64,000 nt of DNA from an uncultured Gemmatimonadota bacterium (lineage in GTDB: Bacteria > ARS69). Position numbers and translations under genes: made by a program. The stretch covers positions 1,346 through 65,345 of the forward strand of contig CAYYFX010000007.1 of the NCBI GenBank assembly GCA_964471155.1. Direction: 5' to 3'. This document shows positions 56,714-64,000 of this stretch, piece by piece. The notes under the pieces are model-generated. The model was not told the origin of the DNA. It made no database searches and was given only the letters and a program-made list of their open reading frames with translations. Each line of letters starts with the position of its first letter. The stretch's first letter is position 1.

Positions 56714-57733
56714 CTATCGCCGCTCACCACCTTCCGCGGACGGGGCGGAGCGTCCCTTGCGGTCCTTGCGGCCGTCGTAGTCGTCGAAGGCCTGGACGAT
56801 CTCCTGCACCAGGTGGTGCCGCACCACGTCCTCGTCGCCGAACCGGATGAACCGGATCCCGTCGATGGAGCGGAGAATATACTGGATCTTGAGCAGCGCG
56901 GAGTCCTCGCGACGCGGCAGGTCGATCTGCGTGTCGTCGCCCGTGATGATGGCCTTCGAGTTCGATCCCAGGCGCGTCAGGAACATGCGCATCTGCGGGA
57001 TCGTGGTGTTCTGCGCCTCGTCCAGGATCACCACGGAGTCGTTCAGCGTGCGGCCGCGCATGTAGGCCAGCGGCGCCACCTCGATGACCTCGTTGGCGAG
57101 CAGCTTCTGCACGCGGTCCAGCGGGAGCATCTCGTTGAGCGCGTCGTACAGCGGGCGGAGGTAGGGCGCCACCTTCTCCGTGAAGTCCCCGGGCAGGAAG
57201 CCGAGGCTCTCGCCCGCGTCCACCGCGGGGCGCACGAGCTGGATGCGCTCGATCTCCTTGCGGTTCAGCGCGGACAGCGCGGACGCCATGGCCAAGTAGG
57301 TCTTCCCCGTGCCGGCCGGACCGATCGCGAAGACGATGTCGCTGTCTTCCAGCGCGCGCAGGTACTCCGCCTGCCGCACCGTCTTCGGGCCGATGTCCTT
57401 GCGCAGCCCGTGGAACGGGCGCAGCGCGGCGCCGTTCCCGTTCAGGGAACCGAGTTCGTGCCCGTTGTGGCCGCGCACCATCCGGATCGCGTATCGCACG
57501 TCGCTCGGACTCACCCACCGTCCCTGCCGGGCGACCGACATGAGGTGGTCGAAGATGCGCTCGAGCGCGTCGACCTCGGCCGACGGGCCGTCCAGGAGGA
57601 TCTCCGTGCCGCGCGCGACCACGCGCGCGCCGTAGAGATCGCGGATGAGCCGCAGGTTCGCGTCGTTCTGGCCGAAGACGCTGACGGGGGGAAGGTCGCC
57701 CAGCTCGAGTCGCCGGGAGGACTGCTCGTTCAA
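56714..57733 (-). CDS. phoH: PhoH-like ATPase. Start assigned to a TTG 5 nt downstream of AAGGAGAGG.
   Basis: Walker A AIGPAGTGKTYLA, VILDEAQNTT, and the conserved C-terminus GDDTQIDLP...SIDGIRFIRFGDEDVVRHHLV. The Arg/Gly-rich 62 codons upstream in the track ORF are judged non-coding. Confidence 0.8.
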   Translation of the reverse strand: MNEQSSRRLELGDLPPVSVFGQNDANLRLIRDLYGARVVARGTEILLDGPSAEVDALERIFDHLMSVARQGRWVSPSDVRYAIRMVRGHNGHELGSLNGNGAALRPFHGLRKDIGPKTVRQAEYLRALEDSDIVFAIGPAGTGKTYLAMASALSALNRKEIERIQLVRPAVDAGESLGFLPGDFTEKVAPYLRPLYDALNEMLPLDRVQKLLANEVIEVAPLAYMRGRTLNDSVVILDEAQNTTIPQMRMFLTRLGSNSKAIITGDDTQIDLPRREDSALLKIQYILRSIDGIRFIRFGDEDVVRHHLVQEIVQAFDDYDGRKDRKGRSAPSAEGGERR

Positions 57734-57970
57734 TCCCTCTCCTTGCTTCCTCGGGGCCGAGTGCCCCGAACCCTGGTCCAATGATCGGTCAACGGAGGCG
57801 GGCTTTCCAGGGGTCCCGCGCAGAACTTCCGATTCTTCATGCCGGGCCGACATGGTGCCCAAGTATCCATTTGCCAATGGGTTATCCCGGAATCCGCCGG
57901 CAGGGACCGCCGGACGCAAGGCCCCGGGGAGGGGCCTGCCGGGGCGGCGGACCGCCCCGGCACCCGGCGC

Positions 57971-58474
57971 CTATCTCGGGATCAGGAAGATCTGATCGGG
58001 GTAGATCAGGTCCGGATCCTTGATCTTGTCCTTGTTCGCGTTGTAGATCCGCCGCCACGCCGTGCGGTCGTTGTAGATCCGCGGCTTCCCCGAGATCTTG
58101 ATCAGCCAGTCCCCGCGCACGACGGTGTACGACCGCGGCAGGTCCGTGAGTTCCTTCAGCCGGGCCTCCAGCGCCGCCACCTCGGACGCGAGGGGCTCGT
58201 TCGCCGCCCTCGCCTCGGCCAGCCGGGACCGCAGGGCCGCGATCTCCGCGTCGATGTCCCCCATCTGGGAGTTCGCCGCGGCGGCGTTGTCGTTCTGGAT
58301 GTCGATCTCCTGCGCCAGCTTCTGGCAGTACGCCAGCGCCTCGTCCTTGGAGAGCTTCTTGTACTCCTCTTCCGTGAGGTACTCCCCGGACGGCACGTCG
58401 TAGGACTGCGCGAACGCCGGGGCGGCGAACGCGGCCGCGAGCGCCGCGGCCAGCACCACGCTCCGGGCCGTCAT
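57971..58474 (-). CDS. Secreted coiled-coil protein with a C-terminal LysM peptidoglycan-binding domain
   Basis: Signal peptide MTARSVVLAAALAAAFAAPAFAQS. Coiled-coil segment. C-terminus YTVVRGDWLIKISGKPRIYNDRTAWRRIYNANKDKIKDPDLIYPDQIFLIP is a LysM motif. ATG overlaps the upstream stop (ATGA). Confidence 0.7.
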   Translation of the reverse strand: MTARSVVLAAALAAAFAAPAFAQSYDVPSGEYLTEEEYKKLSKDEALAYCQKLAQEIDIQNDNAAAANSQMGDIDAEIAALRSRLAEARAANEPLASEVAALEARLKELTDLPRSYTVVRGDWLIKISGKPRIYNDRTAWRRIYNANKDKIKDPDLIYPDQIFLIPR

Positions 58475-58752
58475 TTCGACATCTCCGCGATCTGCGCCTC
58501 GAGCTCCGCCTTGCGCCGCTCCAGCTCCGCCTTGCGCGCGGTCTCCGTGGCGATGGCCTCCTCCAGCTCCTGCCTCTCGCGCTCCGCGGCAGCCAGCTTC
58601 GCCTCCGCCTCCGCGGCGGCCTTGCGCGCGGAGTCCACCGCGGCGAGATCCGTCTGGCAGGGCGGCGGCGTGCCGCCGCAGCCGGTCGCGAACGCCACGA
58701 GCCCCGCGCACGCGCACGCGACGATCCCTCTTCGAAGCCCGATCATGCGCAA
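58471..58752 (-). CDS. Small coiled-coil lipoprotein (93 aa)
   Basis: MRMIGLRRGIVACACAGLVAFATGCGG (lipobox), then an Ala/Glu-rich heptad-like region (AAEAEAKLAAAERERQELEEAIATETARKAELERRKAELEAQIAEMSK). Confidence 0.55.
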   Translation of the reverse strand: MRMIGLRRGIVACACAGLVAFATGCGGTPPPCQTDLAAVDSARKAAAEAEAKLAAAERERQELEEAIATETARKAELERRKAELEAQIAEMSK

Positions 58753-58845
58753 CCTCCCCTCTCGTGCCTCGTCATGCCCGACCGGCGGACCATACCACGC
58801 GTCCGGGGGTCGTCAACCTGGGGACCGGCCCGCCGCATCCCGCCC

Positions 58846-60642
58846 TCACGCCCCGCCCGGCGCCTTCGCCTCCGCCCGCACGGCGATGTGCAGGTCATCC
58901 AGGAGCTGCGGCTCCACGGGGGACGGACACTCGTCCATCGGCGAGATGGCGCGGCTGTTCTTCGGGAACGCGATCACGTCGCGCAGCGACGACCGGCCCG
59001 TCATCAGCATGATGATGCGGTCGAAGCCCAGCGCGATCCCGCCGTGCGGCGGCGCGCCGTACTCGAACGCGCGCAGCAGGAAGCCGAAGCGCCGCTCCGC
59101 CTCCGCCGCATCGATCCCGATCACCTTCAGCGCGCGCTCCTGCAGGTCGCGGCGGTGGATGCGGACGCTGCCCGAGCCCAGCTCGTTGCCGTCCAGCACC
59201 AGGTCGTACAGCTTGCCGACGGCCGGGCCGGGATCCGTGTCGAAGGTCTCGCGGAACTCGTCGTGCGGCATGGTGAAGACGTGGTGGCACGGCACCCACG
59301 CGCCCGTGTCCGGGTCCTTCTCGAAGAGCGGGAAGCGGTGCACCCACAGGAACGCCGGCGACTTTCCCTGCGCGAGCCCGCGGCGCTTCGCCACGTCGCG
59401 GCGCACGAGGTCCAGCGACGCGTTCACCGCCTTCTCCGGGCCGGCCACGAAGAGGAGGACATCGCCGGGCGCCGCCTCCGCGCGGGCCACGAGATCCTTC
59501 GCCACGTCCGCGAAGAACTTCGCCACGCCCCCCGACAGCTCGCCGCCCTCCCCCACCTTCATCCACGCGAGTCCCTTCGCGCCGCCGCCGGCCGCCGTGA
59601 CCCCCAGCTCGTCCACGACCTTGCGCGACCAGTCCCCGCCACCGGCCACGCGCAGCCCCTTCATGCGCTCGCCGCGCGCGCGCACGCCCTTGAACAGGTC
59701 CGACGTGGAGCGCTCCGCGAGATCCCCGGCGTCGAAGAAGCCCGGGCCGGCGCGCAGGTCCGGCTTGTCGGAGCCGTAGCGCTCCATGGCTTCCGCCCAA
59801 GTCAGGCGCGGGAAGGGCACCGGGATCTCCACGCCGAGCGCCTCGCGCCACAGGTGCTGGGTCAGCCCCTCGATGAGCGCGAAGACGTCCTCCTCCTCCA
59901 CGTACGACATCTCGAGGTCGATCTGCGAGAACTCCGGCTGCCGGTCCGCGCGCAGGTCCTCGTCGCGCAGGCAGCGGGCGAGCTGGTAGTAGCGGTCGAA
60001 GCCGGAGACCATGAGGATCTGCTTGTACAGCTGCGGCGATTGCGGCAGCGCGTAGAACTCGCCGGGGTGCACGCGGCTCGGCACGAGGTAGTCCCGCGCG
60101 CCCTCCGGGGTGCGCTTCACCAGCATGGGCGTCTCGACGTCCACGAAGCCCTGCGCGTCCAGGTACTTCCGCGTCTCCAGGGCCACCCGCGAGCGCAGGG
60201 CCAGCGTGTCCTGCAGCGCGGTACGGCGCAGGTCCAGGTAGCGGTGCTTGAGGCGCAACTCCTCGCCGGCCTCGGCGGCGCCTTCCACCTGGAAGGGCAG
60301 CTCCACGGGCGCGCCGTTCAGGATCTCCAGCGTCTTCACCACGATCTCGACCTCGCCCGTGGCCATCTTCGGGTTCACGGTGGCGGCGTCGCGGCGGACC
60401 ACGTCGCCGGTGATGCGCAGGGAGGTCTCGTTGCGCAGGTCGCGCGCGGCGGCGAGAAGCGCCGCGTTGCCGTCCGCGAACACGAGCTGCACCACGCCCC
60501 AGCGGTCCCGCAGGTCCACGAACACCATGCCGCCGTGGTCGCGCGTGCGCTGCACCCAGCCGCACAGCGCCACCTCGCTCCCCGCGAGCGACGCGTCCAC
60601 CTTCCCGCACGCGTGCGTGCGCAGGCGCGTCGAGAGCTTCAT
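58846..60642 (-). CDS. aspS: Aspartate--tRNA ligase
   Basis: N-terminal OB-fold (RTHACGKVDASLAGSEVALCGWVQRTRDHGGMVFVDLRDRWGVVQLV), class-II motifs (FYALPQSPQLYKQILMVSGFDRYYQLARCLRDEDLRADRQPEFSQID), C-terminal GGIALGFDRIIMLMTG. 598 aa. ATG overlaps the hisS stop (ATGA). Confidence 0.92.
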   Translation of the reverse strand: MKLSTRLRTHACGKVDASLAGSEVALCGWVQRTRDHGGMVFVDLRDRWGVVQLVFADGNAALLAAARDLRNETSLRITGDVVRRDAATVNPKMATGEVEIVVKTLEILNGAPVELPFQVEGAAEAGEELRLKHRYLDLRRTALQDTLALRSRVALETRKYLDAQGFVDVETPMLVKRTPEGARDYLVPSRVHPGEFYALPQSPQLYKQILMVSGFDRYYQLARCLRDEDLRADRQPEFSQIDLEMSYVEEEDVFALIEGLTQHLWREALGVEIPVPFPRLTWAEAMERYGSDKPDLRAGPGFFDAGDLAERSTSDLFKGVRARGERMKGLRVAGGGDWSRKVVDELGVTAAGGGAKGLAWMKVGEGGELSGGVAKFFADVAKDLVARAEAAPGDVLLFVAGPEKAVNASLDLVRRDVAKRRGLAQGKSPAFLWVHRFPLFEKDPDTGAWVPCHHVFTMPHDEFRETFDTDPGPAVGKLYDLVLDGNELGSGSVRIHRRDLQERALKVIGIDAAEAERRFGFLLRAFEYGAPPHGGIALGFDRIIMLMTGRSSLRDVIAFPKNSRAISPMDECPSPVEPQLLDDLHIAVRAEAKAPGGA

Positions 60643-61934
60643 ACGTTCCCCTCCGCCTTCGCCGTGCTTCCCTTGCCCATGGCCGCGAGCAGCCGCGCCG
60701 CCAGCTCCGCGCGCGGGATCTCCACCTGCTCGCCCGTGGCCAGCTCCTTCAAGGACACCGTTCCCTTCGCCATCTCGTCCTCGCCCAGCACCACCGCGAA
60801 GCGGGCGCCGCGGCGGTCCGCCGCCTTGAACTGCTTGCCGAACCCGCCGTCCACGCACGAGACGTCGCAGGGGATCCCCTCGCGCCGCAGGTCGCGCGCG
60901 AGCGCGAGCGAGGCGCGGCGCGCCGCGTCCCCCATGGCCACCACGAACGCCAGCGGCCCGGCCGCCTCCGGCACGCCCGAGGTCTCCGCCAGGATGATGG
61001 CCAGCCGCTCCAGTCCCAGTGCCCAGCCCACGCACGGCGTGGGCGGCCCGCCCAGCTCGGAGACGAGCCCGTCGTAGCGGCCGCCGCCGCACACGGTGGA
61101 CTGCGCGCCGAGCTTCTCGGACTGGATCTCGAACGTGGTGCGGGAGTAGTAGTCCAGGCCGCGCACGAGCGTGGGCACGAGGCGCGTGCGCACATCCGCC
61201 GCGTCCAGCAGCGCGCGCACCTCGGCGAAGTGCGCCGCGGCGTCCGCACCCAGGAAGTCCAGGATGGACGGCGCGCCGGCGATGGCCGCGCGCGTGCCCT
61301 CGTCCTTGGAGTCCAGCACGCGCAGCGGGTTCCGCTCCAGGCGCTCCCGGCTGTCCTTGTCCAGCCGGTCCGCCACCGAGCGCAGGTACGCTACCAGCGC
61401 GTCGCGGTACCGCGCGCGATCCTCCGCGTCGCCCAGCGAGTTCAGGTCCACCGTGAGGTCGTCGACCCTGAGCGCGCGCAGGTACTCGCACGCCACCAGG
61501 ATCACGTCCGCGTCCGCGCGCGGGTCCGCCGAGTCCAGGATCTCCACGCCGAGCTGGTGGAACTGCCGCTGCCGCCCCTTCTGCGGGCGCTCGTAGCGGA
61601 ACATCGGGCCCGCGTACCACAGCTTCAGCGGCGCCGGCATCTTCCCCCGCAGCCCCAGCTCCAGGTACGCGCGCACCACGCCGGCCGTGTTCTCGGGGCG
61701 GAGCGTGACCCGCTCCTCGGAACGCGTGAGGAAGGAGTACATCTCCTTGCCCACGATGTCCGTGGCCTCGCCCACGCCGCGCTCGAACAGCTCGGTGCGC
61801 TCGAAGACGGGCGTGCGGATCTCGGAGTAGCACGCCGCGGAGAGGACGCGCCGGGCGGTCTCCTCCATCCGCTGCCAGAGCGCGATCTCCGGCGAGACGA
61901 GGTCACGCGTTCCGCGAAGGGCCCGGATCTCCAA
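60639..61934 (-). CDS. hisS: Histidine--tRNA ligase
   Basis: MEIRALRGTRDLVSPEIALWQ... Motif 2 region (...KLWYAGPMFRYERPQKGRQRQFHQLGVEIL). C-terminal anticodon-binding domain. 431 aa. Confidence 0.92.
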   Translation of the reverse strand: MEIRALRGTRDLVSPEIALWQRMEETARRVLSAACYSEIRTPVFERTELFERGVGEATDIVGKEMYSFLTRSEERVTLRPENTAGVVRAYLELGLRGKMPAPLKLWYAGPMFRYERPQKGRQRQFHQLGVEILDSADPRADADVILVACEYLRALRVDDLTVDLNSLGDAEDRARYRDALVAYLRSVADRLDKDSRERLERNPLRVLDSKDEGTRAAIAGAPSILDFLGADAAAHFAEVRALLDAADVRTRLVPTLVRGLDYYSRTTFEIQSEKLGAQSTVCGGGRYDGLVSELGGPPTPCVGWALGLERLAIILAETSGVPEAAGPLAFVVAMGDAARRASLALARDLRREGIPCDVSCVDGGFGKQFKAADRRGARFAVVLGEDEMAKGTVSLKELATGEQVEIPRAELAARLLAAMGKGSTAKAEGNV

Positions 61935-62256
61935 CGGTCTCGTCCTCCCGGCTGAAGTACCATCCCGCGACCACGCCGGTCACGTCCGCCAGGAGGTCCA
62001 GGAGGTCCTGCTCCCGGCCGGGGACGAACCCCTGGTAGATCTCGTCCAGGGCGCCCAGCACCGCGCCGCACAGGAGCGACCACAGGAAGTGGCGCCGCGT
62101 CGACCAGCCCTGCCCGTCGAACGACCGCGCCACCAGCCAGCCGAAGATGAAGTACTCGCCGAAGTGCGCCAGCTTGTCCCGGATCTGGATCCCGATGACG
62201 CGGGTCTGCAGGTCCGGCAAGGACGACGCGGCGAACACGACCGCGGCCCACGCCAA
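61903..62256 (-). CDS. VanZ-like family membrane protein (TTG start; 5' end uncertain)
   Basis: ...HFGEYFIFGWLVARSF...RHFLWSLLCGAVLGALDEIYQGFVPGREQDLLDLLADVTGVVAGWY matches the VanZ-like signature (G..DE..Q.F.PGR....D...D..G). The 3' end overlaps the hisS start by 32 nt. Confidence 0.5.
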   Translation of the reverse strand: MAWAAVVFAASSLPDLQTRVIGIQIRDKLAHFGEYFIFGWLVARSFDGQGWSTRRHFLWSLLCGAVLGALDEIYQGFVPGREQDLLDLLADVTGVVAGWYFSREDETVGDPGPSRNA

Positions 62257-62463
62257 CGGCGGCGCCCAGCGGGGCAGTCCGCGGCGGGCGGGGGGCGCGA
62301 CGGGCGCTTCGATGGCCGCTCCTCTCGGCGGGATCCGGCGTTCCGGATGTCCGCGGGGAAGAAAGTCCGCGAAGGTAGCACCGGGCCGAGAGGGTGGTCA
62401 ACGAACGGGGGCCGGCCCCGGCGGGACCGGCCCCCCCTTTGGATCACCCGCGGAGCCGAAGCC

Positions 62464-63768
62464 CTACCGCTTCTTCAACTCCACGCGCCGGTTCTTCGCC
62501 CGGCCCTCGTCCGTGTCGTTCGACGCGACCGGCTCGTCCGGGCCGTAGCCCTTCGACGTCATCCGGCTCTCCGCCACACCCTTGCCCGCGAGGTACGCCT
62601 TCACGGACGCCGCGCGCCGGTCGGAGAGCTGCATGTTGTACTCGTGCGTGCCCACGGTGTCCGTGTGCCCGCCCACCTCGATGTTCACATCGGGCCACGC
62701 CACCAGGGACGCCGCCACCTCGTCGAGGATCTTGGTGGACTCCTTCGTGAGCGTCGCGCTGTTGAACTCGAAGTTCACGCCCTCGAGGATCAGCTCCTGC
62801 TTCTCCTCGGTGAAGATGGGCTTGGCCTTCGGGCAGCCGGTCTCGTCCACCTCCACGCCCTTCGGCGTGCCGGGGCACTTGTCCAGCTCGTTCTTGACGC
62901 CGTCGCCGTCCTCGTCCGCCGGGCAACCGGTGGCGTCCACCTCCACGCCCTTGGGTGTGTCGGGGCACTGGTCGATGCCGTCGTAGACGCCGTCGCCGTC
63001 CGAGTCCTTCGGGCAGCCGCGCTCGTCCACCGTGGCGCCCTGCGGCGTGTTCGGGCACTTGTCGATCCCGTCGTACACGCCGTCGCCGTCCGAGTCCTTC
63101 GGGCAGCCCTTGGCGTCCACGCGCGCGCCGCGCGGCGTGTCGGGGCACTCGTCCTTGCTGTCGCCCACGCCGTCGCCGTCGGTGTCGGGCTCGCCGCCCT
63201 TGCCGAACGTCCAGGTCACGCCGGCCAGCACCTCGAACTGGTGCATGACCTTGCCGATGTCGTCGTCCACGTCGCCCATCGTGCGATCGCCGCGGACCTC
63301 GACGCGCGCGCCCATCGTCTCGGTGAGGAACCAGCGCGTGCCGACGCCGAGCGACCAGTACGGACGGCTGAACGACTCGCCCTCGTCCAGATCCACGTTC
63401 ATCATGCCGAGCCCCGCGTTGACGAACATCGCGTGGTCGGCGTGGTTGCTCGGGTACTCCAGCTCGGCGCCGAAGCGGCCGTGCAGCATGGTCGCGTCGC
63501 CCGTGGGCTTGGACGAGCCGATCGAGGAGAACAGGCCGTCGACGAAGAGGCCCCAGTTGTCGGAGGGATCCACCTCGACGCGCGCGCCGATCGTCGGCGG
63601 GAACTCGCTCGACTCGGTACCCGCGCCGGTCAGCTCCTCGTCGGGAAGCTGGATGCCGAGGAGACCGCTGAACTCCCAGGGAAGGGCGTGCGCGGACGGC
63701 GCGAGGAGCGCCGCGGCCGCCACCGCCGCCATCGTCGCCAGGAACTTCGGGAAGATTCTTGCCACCAT
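62464..63768 (-). CDS. OmpA-family outer-membrane protein (N-terminal beta-barrel, thrombospondin-type-3 Ca-binding repeats, C-terminal OmpA peptidoglycan-binding domain)
   Basis: Signal peptide MVARIFPKFLATMAAVAAAALLAPSAHA. Repeats DTDGDGVGDSKDECPDTPRGARVDAKGCPKDSDGDGVYDGIDKCPNTPQGA... C-terminus NFEFNSATL...VGGHTDTVGTHEYNMQLSDRRAASVKAYL. ATG preceded by GGGGGTG. Confidence 0.8.
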   Translation of the reverse strand: MVARIFPKFLATMAAVAAAALLAPSAHALPWEFSGLLGIQLPDEELTGAGTESSEFPPTIGARVEVDPSDNWGLFVDGLFSSIGSSKPTGDATMLHGRFGAELEYPSNHADHAMFVNAGLGMMNVDLDEGESFSRPYWSLGVGTRWFLTETMGARVEVRGDRTMGDVDDDIGKVMHQFEVLAGVTWTFGKGGEPDTDGDGVGDSKDECPDTPRGARVDAKGCPKDSDGDGVYDGIDKCPNTPQGATVDERGCPKDSDGDGVYDGIDQCPDTPKGVEVDATGCPADEDGDGVKNELDKCPGTPKGVEVDETGCPKAKPIFTEEKQELILEGVNFEFNSATLTKESTKILDEVAASLVAWPDVNIEVGGHTDTVGTHEYNMQLSDRRAASVKAYLAGKGVAESRMTSKGYGPDEPVASNDTDEGRAKNRRVELKKR

Positions 63769-64000
63769 GACACCCCCTTCGGTTGGCGGCGTGGATTGTC
63801 CCGTTCCCGGGGCGTTTTGTCTCGGGTTCTCTTGGGGCGGCCCGGCCTTCCGGGGGGCCGAGCGGGCGGTTTTCGCTTTCCGCGGCGCCCGGCGGGGCCG
63901 TAGCATCCGAACGTTCGTGGCCGTGATGGGTGGACTTGGGACAGGGAGGTGGAGGATGGCGGCAACGATGACGGTGCCCGGGCTCCGCAACGGGGCGCGG

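Noticed and set aside
62464-63768. OmpA protein's D-x-D-x-D-G repeats as a novel calcium-binding array
   Set aside because: These are standard thrombospondin type-3 repeats, commonly found between the barrel and the OmpA domain in OmpA/MotB-family proteins.

Overview
This is a very GC-rich (about 70% by eye), gene-dense bacterial chromosomal window, apparently from a Gram-negative organism. Evidence for that is many lipoproteins, an OmpA/TSP3 outer-membrane protein, TolB-like and LVIVD beta-propellers, and C-terminal sorting-type domains. Genes are tightly packed, often with 4-nt start/stop overlaps (ATGA, GTGA, TTGA). GTG and TTG starts are common; the ORF track prints these as M. Many long Arg/Gly/Pro-rich ORFs in the track are alternate-frame shadows of real genes and are not reported.

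Two regions look like accessory or envelope systems. The first (about 3.8-11.1 kb, minus strand) is a four-gene cassette of exported proteins: a TolB-like propeller lipoprotein, two paralogous lipoproteins built from a tandem ~100-aa repeat, and a secreted protein with a sorting-type C-terminal domain. The second (about 11.2-24.5 kb, minus strand) is a periplasmic glycosylation-like operon: a Dol-P-Man-synthase-like GT2, two ArnT/PMT-like GT-C membrane proteins (one fused to TPR), a YfhO-like protein, three ENPP-type alkaline-phosphatase-family paralogs and a DUF3604 lipoprotein.

The rest is core and housekeeping: an isocitrate/isopropylmalate dehydrogenase, glyQ-glyS, recO, the phoH-ybeY-corC-DUF502 operon, mgtE, aspS-hisS, a hybrid histidine kinase, a sigma-54 activator, a Kv-like K+ channel, an ECF sigma/anti-sigma pair, two STAS proteins, ptsN and a eukaryote-type UDPGP uridylyltransferase.

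No rRNA, tRNA, CRISPR array or transposase was recognised. Three unusually long or low-GC intergenic stretches (about 46.65-47.32 kb, 49.39-49.87 kb, 52.52-52.93 kb) and a near-perfect palindrome upstream of an AAA-ATPase gene are flagged as candidate RNA or regulatory elements.

Coordinates of internally chosen start codons were derived by codon arithmetic from the ORF-track ends and may be off by 1-3 nt.
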